64,000 nucleotides of DNA from assembly GCA_965219455.1 (NCBI GenBank), contig OZ244744.1:2112001-2176000 (forward strand), written 5' to 3'. A program made the translations under genes and the position numbers. Positions 9,388 to 19,393 of the stretch are shown here, one piece after another. The notes beneath the pieces are model-generated. The model searched no databases and was not told the origin of the DNA. It saw only the letters and a program-made list of their open reading frames with translations. Numbering within the stretch: the first letter of the stretch is position 1; each line of letters opens with the position of its first letter. Source of the DNA: Candidatus Latescibacterota bacterium (GTDB taxonomy: Bacteria > Latescibacterota > UBA2968 > GCA-2709665).

Positions 9388-11484
9388 ATGCGGATTGAAG
9401 TGCGCCATATTCGCCGGCAAAGAGCCATCTGTCTGCTGGGCGGTATCTTCGTTCTGGTCTTGATCTACCGATTGGCTGCGCTTCAGGTCTGGACGGGTGA
9501 CCTCTACAGCGCCCGTGCCAAGAGGCAGCACGAAAAGCGGACAGTCTTGCGGGCGAACCGCGGTCGTATTCTGGACCGTCAGGGCCGGGTGCTTGCAACG
9601 AACCTGGAAGCCCAATCGTTCTTTGTCAACAATGTAGCCGAGTTGGACAGCCTCGGATCCATCGCGGTACGGTTTTCCGGGCGCGATGGCGAGGAAAACG
9701 CCGCGCTCCTGCGGCGGCTTCAAAAGAAGCAATTTGTCTGGCTGGCTCGAAAGGTATTCAACGACCCGCGACAGGATCCGTTGCCAAAGGGTGTGGGCCG
9801 GATTGTCGAGATGAGGCGAAGCTATCCGATGGGCGGGCTTGCCGGACAGATGCTGGGGTATACCGACATCGACAATTTGGGAATCGAGGGCGTGGAACTG
9901 GCCTGCAATTCGCGGTTGCAGGGCAAACCCGGAGATATGACGTCCCGGCGGGATGCACGTGGCGAGGTTCTGGGCGCTCTGGGGGTTATACGGCAGATGC
10001 CCGAGGACGGCGAGGATGTGATGTTGACCGTGGATGTCGATTACCAGTCGATCGTGGAAGAGGAGTTGGCTGTGGCCGTGGCGAAATTCCAGGCGGTGAA
10101 CGGGATGGCGATCGTCACGTCGCCCCGGTCAGGTGAAATTCTGGCGATGGCCAACGTGCCGCTGTACGATCCGAATCATTTCGGCAAATACGATGCGGGG
10201 GTTAGACGCAATCGTGCGGTAACCGATCTCTTTGAGCCCGGGTCCACGTTTAAGGTAGTAGCCGTGTCCGGCGGTCTGGAAGACGGGCTCTGGCGCCGGG
10301 AAGAACGAATCTACTGTGAGAACGGCCAGATGTACATTTCCGGCGGTATGATACGAGACACACATCCGTTGGGATGGCTGACGGTGCAGCAGGTCGTGGA
10401 AGAATCCAGCAACATTGGAACCGTGAAAATCGCTCGGAAACTGGAACAGGCAGGTCTGTTCAAATATGTCCGGTGGTTCGGATTTGGAAACAAGACAGCC
10501 GTGGAATTGCCGGGTGAAGTGCCCGGAATCGTGAAAAAACCGACACGATGGTCCGGAAGAACCCTGGCATCGATGGCGATTGGGCAGGAAGTGGGCGTAA
10601 CGGCATTACAGATGGTGATGGCTTACGGCGCGATCGCAAACGGCGGCCTTTTGATGGCCCCGCGCATCTATCGCCGGCGTTCTCAGGACGGCACCTGGGT
10701 GTCCGAACGACCCCATGTCTTGCGACGGGTGGTTTCCGAGGAGACGGCAAAGAACATGGCGGAAATCCTCGACGGGGTGGTGCAGCGAGGCACGGGTGCA
10801 AACGCACGGGTACCAGGCTACCGCGTAGCCGGAAAAACGGGCACCGCGCAGCGGGCAAAAGAAGGGGGGAGGGGCTATGATCCGAACCGGTATGTTTCCT
10901 CATTCATCGGTTTCTTGCCGGTAGAGCGCGCCGAATTTGTATGTATTGTGGTCGTGGACAGCCCTAAGGGTATTCATTGGGGCAGCCAGGTGGCGGCACC
11001 GGTCTTCAGCCGCATTATGAAACGCATTTTGAACCTGCGAGACACGGAAATGCGACATCGAGCAGTCGTTAAGGCCGGTGGGAAGGAAGGCGTGGAAGCG
11101 TCCACGCCGATATTGGCGGGATTGTCCCGGAATGTGGCGAAACGGGTAATGGATCGGCACGGATTCAATCCCATGAAGGTAAACGCGGGTGCCCGATTGT
11201 CAGTAAAGACGCAGGCCCTATCTACTGAGATCAGGGAATCGCAGAACGAGACTGTCTCAGTAGATTCCTCGAAGACCATCGATTCCATCACGACGCCCAA
11301 TGTTCTGGGGGTTCCATTGCGCCAGGCTGTGGTTCAGTTGACGTCGTCGGGATTAGCGGTGAGCGCCTCCGGCAGCGGGCGAGTCGTTTCGCAAACCCCC
11401 GGTGCCGGGATGGTGGTTGCCCGGGGCACGGTCTGCAATGTGGTGTGTAGCCCGCGGGACGTGCCATTTCCGAACGATATGTGA
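9388..11484 (+). CDS. ftsI: Class B PBP (FtsI) with C-terminal PASTA domains
   Basis: RGRILDR, R.YP, G.EGVE, EPGSTFK (SxxK), SSN, KTGTAQ; PNVLG.PLRQA PASTA. Confidence 0.95.
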   Translation: MRIEVRHIRRQRAICLLGGIFVLVLIYRLAALQVWTGDLYSARAKRQHEKRTVLRANRGRILDRQGRVLATNLEAQSFFVNNVAELDSLGSIAVRFSGRDGEENAALLRRLQKKQFVWLARKVFNDPRQDPLPKGVGRIVEMRRSYPMGGLAGQMLGYTDIDNLGIEGVELACNSRLQGKPGDMTSRRDARGEVLGALGVIRQMPEDGEDVMLTVDVDYQSIVEEELAVAVAKFQAVNGMAIVTSPRSGEILAMANVPLYDPNHFGKYDAGVRRNRAVTDLFEPGSTFKVVAVSGGLEDGLWRREERIYCENGQMYISGGMIRDTHPLGWLTVQQVVEESSNIGTVKIARKLEQAGLFKYVRWFGFGNKTAVELPGEVPGIVKKPTRWSGRTLASMAIGQEVGVTALQMVMAYGAIANGGLLMAPRIYRRRSQDGTWVSERPHVLRRVVSEETAKNMAEILDGVVQRGTGANARVPGYRVAGKTGTAQRAKEGGRGYDPNRYVSSFIGFLPVERAEFVCIVVVDSPKGIHWGSQVAAPVFSRIMKRILNLRDTEMRHRAVVKAGGKEGVEASTPILAGLSRNVAKRVMDRHGFNPMKVNAGARLSVKTQALSTEIRESQNETVSVDSSKTIDSITTPNVLGVPLRQAVVQLTSSGLAVSASGSGRVVSQTPGAGMVVARGTVCNVVCSPRDVPFPNDM

Positions 11485-11497
11485 CAGAAACCGTGTT

Positions 11498-12955
11498 ATG
11501 CGGCTGGACGACATCATATCCCGGATTCAAGGGGCACAATGGCTTCATATGGGCGATCCATGGGTTAGGGGTTTGGCCACGGATTCGCGAAAGGTTCGAC
11601 CGGGTGATCTGTTCGTTGCCATCCGTGGCGGACAGCTTGAGGACCGGCATGCGTTTGTGCCGCAGGCCGTGGCGGCGGGGGCCGTGGCGGTGGTGGTTGA
11701 AGAGCCGGTTGAGGCGGACGTTGCGGTCATCCGGGTGCCGTCCACGCGAAAGGCGCTGGGCGTATTCGCGGAACAATTCTACGGGTCGCCCTCGCGTAAT
11801 CTGCGGATGGTGGGGGTAACCGGGACCAACGGAAAGACCACGACGGCAATGCTGATACAGGCGTCGCTGGAGGCAGCCGGTGGGCTCTGCGGATTACTCG
11901 GGACGGTTGAATATCGGCTGGGCGGTCGTCGAATGCCGTCGTTCATTGGAACGCCTGAAGCACACGATCTGCAGCGATTGTTGAAGGAGATGTTGGAAAG
12001 CGGCTGCACTGCGGCCGTGATGGAAGTCACGTCGCACGGATTGGCGTTGGACCGGGTACACCGCATCGAATTCGACACGGCGGTTTTTACGAATTTTTCG
12101 CGGGACCATTTGGATTTTCACGAATCGTTAGAATCCTATCTGGCCGCCAAAAAGCTGCTCTTTGACAACTTAAATCCGGATGCGCATGCGGTGGTCAATG
12201 CGGACGATGCGGCGACCGATCGCCTTTTAAGCAACTGCAGCGCCAGGGTGGTGTCCTTCGGCCGTTCGCCAGCGGCCGATGTGCGAATTGCGACCGCGAT
12301 TACCGACGGCCGCGGGACACGGATGGAACTGGAAACGCGCTGGGGAAGCCTTCAACTTGCGCTCGCGCTGCGCGGCCGCTTCCACCAGATGAACGCCGCG
12401 GCGGCAATTGCCGCGGGGCTGGCGATGGATGTAGACGCGGAATCAATTGCCGTGGCCATCCGGGACGTGCAGGTGCCGGGGCGTTTTGAGAGCATTCAGG
12501 AAGGACAGGATTTCAGCGTGATAGTGGATTACGCACACACTCCCGATGCGCTTGGAAATGTCTTGCGGGCAGCCCGCGAATTTACGGAAGGTCGTTTGAT
12601 CTGCGTGTTTGGATGTGGGGGCGATCGAGACCGCGGCAAGCGTCCGCAGATGGGACGAATTTCTGCACAGATGTCCGATCTGACCGTTGTGACGTCCGAC
12701 AATCCCAGAACCGAAGACCCGGAGTCGATTCTCAAAGACATATTGGGGGGCATTGGCCGTGCGGACCACCGGGTCGAAGTTGACCGGCGGAAGGCGATTT
12801 CACTGGCCATTGAATATGCTTCGGGCGGCGATCTTGTCGTTATAGCGGGCAAGGGACACGAAGATTACCAGGATATCGGCGGACAGAAGATCCACTTTGA
12901 CGATCGGCAGGTGACGCGGGACATTCTGACGGGTCGGGGTTCCAGATGCCGATGA
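11498..12955 (+). CDS. murE: UDP-MurNAc-tripeptide synthetase (meso-DAP type)
   Basis: GVTGTNGKTT, FTNFSRDHLDFH, DYAHTPD, GCGGDRD..KR, DNPR, AGKGHE. Confidence 0.96.
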   Translation: MRLDDIISRIQGAQWLHMGDPWVRGLATDSRKVRPGDLFVAIRGGQLEDRHAFVPQAVAAGAVAVVVEEPVEADVAVIRVPSTRKALGVFAEQFYGSPSRNLRMVGVTGTNGKTTTAMLIQASLEAAGGLCGLLGTVEYRLGGRRMPSFIGTPEAHDLQRLLKEMLESGCTAAVMEVTSHGLALDRVHRIEFDTAVFTNFSRDHLDFHESLESYLAAKKLLFDNLNPDAHAVVNADDAATDRLLSNCSARVVSFGRSPAADVRIATAITDGRGTRMELETRWGSLQLALALRGRFHQMNAAAAIAAGLAMDVDAESIAVAIRDVQVPGRFESIQEGQDFSVIVDYAHTPDALGNVLRAAREFTEGRLICVFGCGGDRDRGKRPQMGRISAQMSDLTVVTSDNPRTEDPESILKDILGGIGRADHRVEVDRRKAISLAIEYASGGDLVVIAGKGHEDYQDIGGQKIHFDDRQVTRDILTGRGSRCR

Positions 12956-12992
12956 GTTTGAGACATGAAAACCGTCACCCGGAACGCGCAAT

Positions 12993-14402
12993 ATGGAAGG
13001 AATGACACTGGCGGAAGTGGCGGATGCAATGGACGGAGAGTTGGTTGGTGCCGTCGATTCCGCAATCTGTCCAATCGGTGGGTGCATCGATTCGCGGGTG
13101 TTGAAGGTAGGGGAGTTGTTCTTCGCGCTCGAGGGAGAGAGCGCCAACGGAAATCGGGATGGGCATCGTTTTGTGGGCGATGCCCTGAAACGGGGCGCAT
13201 CGGCGGCTGTCGTTTCGCGCCAGTGGGCTGAAGATCGAATTTCCCGAAGACCACCCGGGGCGCTGATCGTTGTCGATACCCCGGGCCTGGCGCTGGGCGC
13301 TCTCGGCAGGGCTTACCGCCGGCGATTTCGGATTCCGGTCGTGGGCGTTACGGGAAGCAGCGGGAAGACAACAACCAAGGATATGGCGGCAGCGGTGCTG
13401 CGCACGCGGTACAGCGTGCTGGCTTCGGAAGGCAATTTAAACAACTGGCTTGGCGTTCCACTGACTCTGCTGCGGCTTTCAAACGCCCACGAAGCCGCGG
13501 TGATTGAAATGGGCATCAGCGAACATGGCGGTTTGAAATATCTGTGTGAAATTGCCGATCCGACGATCGGTGTAATTACCAATATCGGACCTGCACATCT
13601 GGAGTTTTTAGGCTCTGTAGAGGGGGTGGCCAAAGCCAAAGGGGAACTCCTGGATCATCTTGAAGAGTCTTCAATGGCTATCTTGAATCTCGATAACCTG
13701 TATGTGTCGAAGGAGCGAGCAAGACTAAAAGGGAGACTCCTCGGCTTTGGTATCGAAAAGATATGTCAGTTTCGTGGGGAGGGACTTGTCATAGACCAGG
13801 AGGGCTGCGGTCATTTCTCTCTGCAGGGCCGTTTTTTTCATCTGGTTGTACCAGGCCGACATCAAGTTTATAACGCACTGGCCGCAGCGGCGGTCGGCGC
13901 GGCCCTGGATGTGCCGGTTGAACAGGCCGCGAAAGCGCTGGGGGCGTTTCGGCCTTCGAAGTTACGGGGCCAGGTGGTTGAACAGAACGGAATCCGGCTT
14001 TTGAACGATTCGTATAACGCCAATCCCGCTTCGATGCGGGCGGCTCTGGAAACGCTGGCGCAGATGTCCATAACCGAGGGCGCCCGCCGGGTGGCGATCC
14101 TGGGCGACATGCTGGAAATGGGCACATCGGCCATTCAGAGCCACCGTCGCCTGGGTATGCTTGCCGCCAGACTGGGAATGGATGCCATCTTTGCGCTCGG
14201 TGATTTGTCGGAGCATGTTTCCGAAGGTGGTGTATCGGGCGGTCTGTCCCCGAAAAGATCGCGGGCATTCAAAGACCGTGCAACCCTGGTGACGAAACTC
14301 AAGACATTTCTCAAACCGGGCGATCTGGTACTGATGAAGGGATCTCGCGGCTTGGCGATGGAGACAACCGCGGAAGCACTGGGGTTTGAAATTAAACCAT
14401 GA
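12993..14402 (+). CDS. murF: UDP-MurNAc-tripeptide--D-Ala-D-Ala ligase
   Basis: GVTGSSGKTTTKD, NNWLGVPLT, AHLEFLGS, NDSYNANP.SM, GDMLEMG, KGSRG. Confidence 0.96.
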   Translation: MEGMTLAEVADAMDGELVGAVDSAICPIGGCIDSRVLKVGELFFALEGESANGNRDGHRFVGDALKRGASAAVVSRQWAEDRISRRPPGALIVVDTPGLALGALGRAYRRRFRIPVVGVTGSSGKTTTKDMAAAVLRTRYSVLASEGNLNNWLGVPLTLLRLSNAHEAAVIEMGISEHGGLKYLCEIADPTIGVITNIGPAHLEFLGSVEGVAKAKGELLDHLEESSMAILNLDNLYVSKERARLKGRLLGFGIEKICQFRGEGLVIDQEGCGHFSLQGRFFHLVVPGRHQVYNALAAAAVGAALDVPVEQAAKALGAFRPSKLRGQVVEQNGIRLLNDSYNANPASMRAALETLAQMSITEGARRVAILGDMLEMGTSAIQSHRRLGMLAARLGMDAIFALGDLSEHVSEGGVSGGLSPKRSRAFKDRATLVTKLKTFLKPGDLVLMKGSRGLAMETTAEALGFEIKP

Positions 14403-14545
14403 AATGTGACCGGCTGACGACGTTTCGGTCTTCTGAATCGACCCTCATCAGCGTTTGACAGTTCGTTCTTCATCCACAATTCCGATCCTTGACACCCTTT
14501 CTCGAGATCCCGTTTCGGGATCCTTTTCCCCTTAAGCTGCGATAT

Positions 14546-15721
14546 ATGTCGACCGGAGGAACAGAACGACAGACCTATCTGCTGATGTTGCTGGTGATCG
14601 GGCTGGTGGGATTTGGCCTTGTTATGGTGTATAGCGCCAGCACGGCGTTGGGTCAGGTGCGGTTTGAGAGCGGCCACTTTTTCTTGAAGCGGTGGGCGTT
14701 GCGTACGGTGGTCGGTCTCCTGGCAATGCTCTTGATTGTGCGGGTGGACTATCGGTTCTGGGCACGTTTTGCCCGGGTCTTTCTGGCCATCGGCTTCCTG
14801 GGATTGGCTGTTGTCCTGGTTTTCAAACTCGCGGGCGTCGGCAAGGTGCGCGGCGCGTATCGATGGATTCCATTACCGGGTGGCACCCTTCAACCTTCGG
14901 ATCTGATGCGTCTCGCGCTGGTCGTTTATCTGGCGGAATCCTTGAGCAGGCGCCAGGGACTGGTGAAGGATCTCGTTCAGGGTTACCTCCCACATATTGC
15001 CATAATCGGCGTTGCGATGGGAATGGTAATGCTCCAGCCCGACCTCGGAACGGCTCTGGCGATCGGATTGACATGCACGCTGATGCTATATCTGGCCGGT
15101 GTGCGGGTAAAACACCTCGCTGGCACGGGGATGGTATTGCTGCCGTTGTTGTATATCGTCGTATTTGTTCTGGGATATCGGAAAGAACGGATGATGACGT
15201 TTTTCAGTCCGACCGACGACGTCCAGGGCGCCGGATATCATGTCATGCAGTCTCTGCTGGCGCTCGGCAGCGGCGGGTGGACCGGGTTGGGTCTGGGGCA
15301 GAGTCTGCAGAAGTATTTCTTTTTGCCTGAACCACATACCGACTTTGTGTTCAGCATCGTCGGTGAAGAATTGGGATTGGTCGGCACGGCCGGCCTGGTG
15401 GTCTGCTTCCTGATTTTTGGCCGGTGCGGGTTTCAAATTGCCCGCCGCGCGCCGGACCTGCACGGATTCTTCCTGGCCTCGGGAATAACATTCATGATTC
15501 TGGTCTACGCGTTTGTGAACATGGGCGTCTGTACCGGATTGTTACCCGCCACCGGGCTTCCCCTCCCCTTTATCAGTTACGGTGGATCTTCATTGCTGTT
15601 CACGTTGCTTGCCGTTGGTATTCTGATCAACATCGGGCGGCGGGGTGCCGCCGACCCGGGAACGCTTCCCCATCGTACCGGTGCCGTCAGGATGTACCGG
15701 ACAGGAGATCGCAGGTTCTGA
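14546..15721 (+). CDS. ftsW: SEDS glycosyltransferase FtsW
   Basis: GLVMVYSAS, GAYRWI, QPSD, QPDLGT, LPEPHTDF...VGEELG, TGLPLPFISYGGSS. Confidence 0.96.
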   Translation: MSTGGTERQTYLLMLLVIGLVGFGLVMVYSASTALGQVRFESGHFFLKRWALRTVVGLLAMLLIVRVDYRFWARFARVFLAIGFLGLAVVLVFKLAGVGKVRGAYRWIPLPGGTLQPSDLMRLALVVYLAESLSRRQGLVKDLVQGYLPHIAIIGVAMGMVMLQPDLGTALAIGLTCTLMLYLAGVRVKHLAGTGMVLLPLLYIVVFVLGYRKERMMTFFSPTDDVQGAGYHVMQSLLALGSGGWTGLGLGQSLQKYFFLPEPHTDFVFSIVGEELGLVGTAGLVVCFLIFGRCGFQIARRAPDLHGFFLASGITFMILVYAFVNMGVCTGLLPATGLPLPFISYGGSSLLFTLLAVGILINIGRRGAADPGTLPHRTGAVRMYRTGDRRF

Positions 15722-16827
15722 TGCCTTTACGCCTGTTGTTTGCCGTTACCCTTACCGGCGGCCATACTGTACCTGCGCTGGGCGTGGCGGCCGCGGTTCG
15801 TCGGCGGTACCCGAATACGGTAATCCGATTCGTCGGCGTTGCGCGAGGCGTTGAGGCCAGGCTGATTCCGCGCGCCGGATATGTCCTGGAGACTTTGCCG
15901 GTTATAGGCCTCAAGCGCCGCCCGCATCTCGATCTGCTGCAATTTCCATGGATGCTTCTGAAGGGCATCTATTCCGCCTTCCGCATCCTCTTTACGTATC
16001 ATCCCCATACCGTGATCTGTACCGGAGGGCATGTCAGCGGCCCGGTGGGCGTCGCCGCGCGGTTGCTTGGTATTCCGCTGGTTCTGCACGAGTCGAATAA
16101 TTTCCCCGGGCTCACCGTTCGCTTGTTGTCCCGCGCGGCCAACCAGGTCTATCTGGCATTCGAGGGGGCAAGGCGACGCGTGGGCGGGCGTGAGAAACAT
16201 GTCGTTGGCAACCCGATTCGGGAGGGATGGAGGCGCGTGGACCGGATGGCGGCTCGCCGGCGGTTCGGGCTGGCCGCAGACCGGGTCACCCTGTTCGTCA
16301 CGGGAGCCAGCCAGGGATCACTGGGAATCAATCGCGTTGTGGCGGCGGCACTACCGGTATTGACGGAACGTGGCTATCAAATTTTGTGGCAGACCGGTAA
16401 GGTGGGCTACGATGCAGCGGCTTCCGCCGCACGCTCCTGCGGAGACAGCGTAGTCGTCAGGGACTTTATCGACGATATGGCGGTGGCTTACAGCGCGGCC
16501 GACCTAGCGTTGACCAGGGCGGGTGCCATAACGGTGACGGAAGTGACACAACTGGGTGTTCCTGCGTTGATGGTGCCATTGCCACTCGCGGCCGAGAACC
16601 ATCAGGAATTCAATGCAAGGGCGGTGGTTCGGGCCGGGGCCGCGCGGATGGTGCCTGAATCGGAACTGAGCGCGGAAAGGCTGGTTCAGGAAGTGTCCGT
16701 GCTGTTCGATTCGAACGGCCTTCTTTCGGATATGGCCCGTCGCAGCCGCGCGCTGGCCGTACCGGACGCGGCTGTGCGGATGGTGGAGGGAATGGCGCAA
16801 AGTGGACTCCTGCGGGGTGAGGGTTAG
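15721..16827 (+). CDS. murG: MurG glycosyltransferase
   Basis: TGGH, GNPIR, WQTG, FIDDM..AY..ADL...RAGA.T..E, HQEFNA. TGATG overlap with ftsW. Confidence 0.95.
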   Translation: MPLRLLFAVTLTGGHTVPALGVAAAVRRRYPNTVIRFVGVARGVEARLIPRAGYVLETLPVIGLKRRPHLDLLQFPWMLLKGIYSAFRILFTYHPHTVICTGGHVSGPVGVAARLLGIPLVLHESNNFPGLTVRLLSRAANQVYLAFEGARRRVGGREKHVVGNPIREGWRRVDRMAARRRFGLAADRVTLFVTGASQGSLGINRVVAAALPVLTERGYQILWQTGKVGYDAAASAARSCGDSVVVRDFIDDMAVAYSAADLALTRAGAITVTEVTQLGVPALMVPLPLAAENHQEFNARAVVRAGAARMVPESELSAERLVQEVSVLFDSNGLLSDMARRSRALAVPDAAVRMVEGMAQSGLLRGEG

Positions 16828-16954
16828 CAGCCCGTTGAAAAAGTCCATCCCGTCTGCGGCCAGCTCTTGTGGCCGAATTACTGCGTTGCGCTCCCTCTCC
16901 GAATCCCCGGATTCGGCTCGGCCTCGCCTGCAGAGCAACTTTTTCAACGGACTG
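16828..16954. mobile_element. 127-bp MITE (family B) with 17-bp TIRs and a TTAG target duplication
   Basis: TTAG|CAGCCCGTTGAAAAAGT ... ACTTTTTCAACGGACTG|TTAG; the TIRs match at 16 of 17 positions. Confidence 0.85.
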
Positions 16955-16972
16955 TTAGAGGATGGATGCCGC

Positions 16973-18361
16973 ATGGTGAAATTGAAACCGGGTTGCCGGG
17001 TTCATTTTGTGGGCATCGGGGGAGTGGGCATGAGCGCGGTCGCGGAACTGCTGTTTCAGCAGGAATACGTTGTTACCGGATCGGACCGCGAGACCTCCGC
17101 GCTGACGGATCGGTTGGGGATGCTTGGAATTCCCGTTCAAATTGGACACACGATGGAGGCTGTAAAGAACGTAGACCTGGTTGTGTACACACCAGCTGCG
17201 GGACCGGACAATTCGGAGTTGACAGAAGCCCGGTCCAAAGGAATTCCAACGATCAAGCGAGCCGCCCTTCTGGGGCAGTTGACGGCAGGGCACCGGGTTG
17301 TAGGGGTGACCGGTACACATGGGAAGACGACAACGACAGCCATGGTCGGCGGGGTTCTCGAGGCGGCGGGTCTGGATCCCACCGTGCTGGTGGGCGGGAT
17401 CGTCCGTGGACCAGAGACAAACTTGCGGCCGGGCTCCCGAACATTGTGGGCGGTCGAGGCCGATGAGTTCGACCGTTCCTTTCTGACATTGCGTCCGGAG
17501 GTGGCGGTGGTGACGTCGCTCGAGGCGGACCATCTGGACTGTTACGGAGACATGAAGGGTCTCTTTCGAGCCTTTCAGCAGTTTCTGGAACTGACAAGCC
17601 GATGTGCGGTGATGGCTTACGATGGACCCTTGGTGCAGAAATTGAATGCGGGCCATCTTGAGATATTCTCCTATGGTCTGGAGGAGGAAACCGGGATTTC
17701 TGCGCAATCTCTTCTACACGATGGGCTCGGAAGTCGGTTCAAGGTGGTCGACCGCGGAAAACCACTCGGCGATGTTGTCCTCCGGGTTCCAGGCCGGCAC
17801 AATGTAAGCAATGCGCTGGCGGCTGTAGGTGTAGGCCTGGCGCTGGAGTTGCCCTGGAAGGCAATACGATCCGGTCTGGAGAACTTCCGGGGTGTGCGAC
17901 GCCGGCTGGAGGTGCTCGGTGATCCCGGCGGGGTGCGGGTGGTGAACGACTACGCCCATCATCCGACCGAGGTTCGCGCCGCCGTGGAAACCATCAGGGC
18001 CGGATGGACGGGTCGTTTGGTCGCTGTTTTCCAGCCCCATCTATACTCGAGAACCAGGGATTTCGCGGTTGAATTTGGAAGGGAGTTGAGCGAAGCCGAC
18101 CAGGTCTGGGTAGCCGACGTCTATGCCGCTCGAGAGGATGCAGTTCCCGGTGTGTCCGGAGAGACGGTTGCCCGTCACGTACGGAACGCTGGCTGTACCC
18201 AAGTATTCTATGTCGCTCGTCTGGATGATCTCGAGAATCGTCTGTCGCAAACGCTTGTGCCGGGCGACCTCGTGTTGGTGATGGGTGCCGGCGACGTAGA
18301 GCAGGTTGCATATAGGCTGATTGACCGGCTGTCCGAGGGAGCACTGCGGGCTGATGCATAG
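16973..18361 (+). CDS. murC: UDP-MurNAc--L-alanine ligase
   Basis: HFVGIGGVGMS, GTHGKTTTT, EADEFD, DHLD.Y, DYAHHPTE, FQPHLYSRT, MGAG. The ORF-track upstream extension runs through the MITE. Confidence 0.96.
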   Translation: MVKLKPGCRVHFVGIGGVGMSAVAELLFQQEYVVTGSDRETSALTDRLGMLGIPVQIGHTMEAVKNVDLVVYTPAAGPDNSELTEARSKGIPTIKRAALLGQLTAGHRVVGVTGTHGKTTTTAMVGGVLEAAGLDPTVLVGGIVRGPETNLRPGSRTLWAVEADEFDRSFLTLRPEVAVVTSLEADHLDCYGDMKGLFRAFQQFLELTSRCAVMAYDGPLVQKLNAGHLEIFSYGLEEETGISAQSLLHDGLGSRFKVVDRGKPLGDVVLRVPGRHNVSNALAAVGVGLALELPWKAIRSGLENFRGVRRRLEVLGDPGGVRVVNDYAHHPTEVRAAVETIRAGWTGRLVAVFQPHLYSRTRDFAVEFGRELSEADQVWVADVYAAREDAVPGVSGETVARHVRNAGCTQVFYVARLDDLENRLSQTLVPGDLVLVMGAGDVEQVAYRLIDRLSEGALRADA

Positions 18362-19292
18362 CGTTTCAATGCGGGATTTGCTCGCCCGTGAGATTCGGGC
18401 ACGCTGCAGGGGCGAACTCCTGGTTGACGAACCCCTGAAGAAGCATACCCACTTTGGTTTGGGTGGGGTCGCGGATCTGTTTTTCCGGCCTGCGGACATG
18501 GCTGATCTGATTACCGCGGTGCCGCTCGTTCTGGATTCCCAACTGCAGGTGTTACCTCTGGGCGGCGGAACCAACATGCTGGTGGGTGAGGCCGGTTTCA
18601 GGGGGCTCGTAATCTGTTTGACCCGAGGACTTGCCGGAATGGTAGTTGAATCGGATCAGGGCGTCGCACAGGCGGGCGCGAGCCTTCAGGTATTTTCCAG
18701 ACGCTGCCAGCGTGCCGGGCGAACCGGAATGGAGTTCGGCTGCGGAATTCCCGGCACCGTGGGCGGCGCAATATGGGGAAACGCCGGCGCGTGGGGGGGT
18801 CAGATCATGGAACGGACGGCGTGGCTGAGAGGAGTAGACCTCCGATCGGGTCAAGCGCTGGAATTGCAAAAAAAATCGATACCGTTCTCGTACCGGCAAA
18901 CGGATCTACCGGCGGGATTTCTGATCGTGGAGGCAGGTTTTTTTCTGGAAGAGGACGATCCGGCAATGGTGAAGAGACGCATGGACGAAATGCTTGCCCA
19001 GCGAAGAAGCTCACAGCCGCTGTGGGCGCGCAACGCCGGATGCATTTTCAAGAATCCGCCGGGCACGTCGGCGGGGTTGCTCATCGACAAAGCCGGATGC
19101 AAAGGGCTATCCGTAGGCGATGTCGAAGTGTCGGATGTTCATGCTAATTTTATCGTGAATCGGGGTCGTGGCACCGCGCCTGATGTGCTCGCACTGGTCC
19201 GGAAGGTTCAAGAGAGAGTACAGCAGGCCTTTGGCATCGAAATGAAGATGGAAGTTCGTGTTGTCGGCGAGCGGGGAATCGAGAATCCGTGA
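18354..19292 (+). CDS. murB: UDP-N-acetylenolpyruvoylglucosamine reductase
   Basis: LGGGTN, GIPGTVGGA..NAGAWG, FSYR, AGCIFKNP, HANFIVN. Confidence 0.95.
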   Translation: MHSVSMRDLLAREIRARCRGELLVDEPLKKHTHFGLGGVADLFFRPADMADLITAVPLVLDSQLQVLPLGGGTNMLVGEAGFRGLVICLTRGLAGMVVESDQGVAQAGASLQVFSRRCQRAGRTGMEFGCGIPGTVGGAIWGNAGAWGGQIMERTAWLRGVDLRSGQALELQKKSIPFSYRQTDLPAGFLIVEAGFFLEEDDPAMVKRRMDEMLAQRRSSQPLWARNAGCIFKNPPGTSAGLLIDKAGCKGLSVGDVEVSDVHANFIVNRGRGTAPDVLALVRKVQERVQQAFGIEMKMEVRVVGERGIENP

Positions 19293-19313
19293 CGCAGGGT
19301 ACCGCAACTGGTC

Positions 19314-19368
19314 CTGGTGTTCTGCCCTGGAAATAGATTGATGAAATCCGGCAGACGAGTCGCCCGGC
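19314..19368. repeat. MITE family A, left-end fragment
   Basis: CTGGTGTTCTGCCCTGGAAATAGATTG..GAAATCCGGCAGACGAGTCGCCCGGC aligns with 59082-59136. Confidence 0.7.
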
Positions 19369-19393
19369 CGACACTTAAAACGACGGAGGTCAT

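Noticed and set aside
15424-15720. Long N-terminal extensions in the ORF track (murG; also murE, murC, cdsA, aminotransferase)
   Set aside because: They overlap upstream genes or a MITE; family homology begins at downstream starts.
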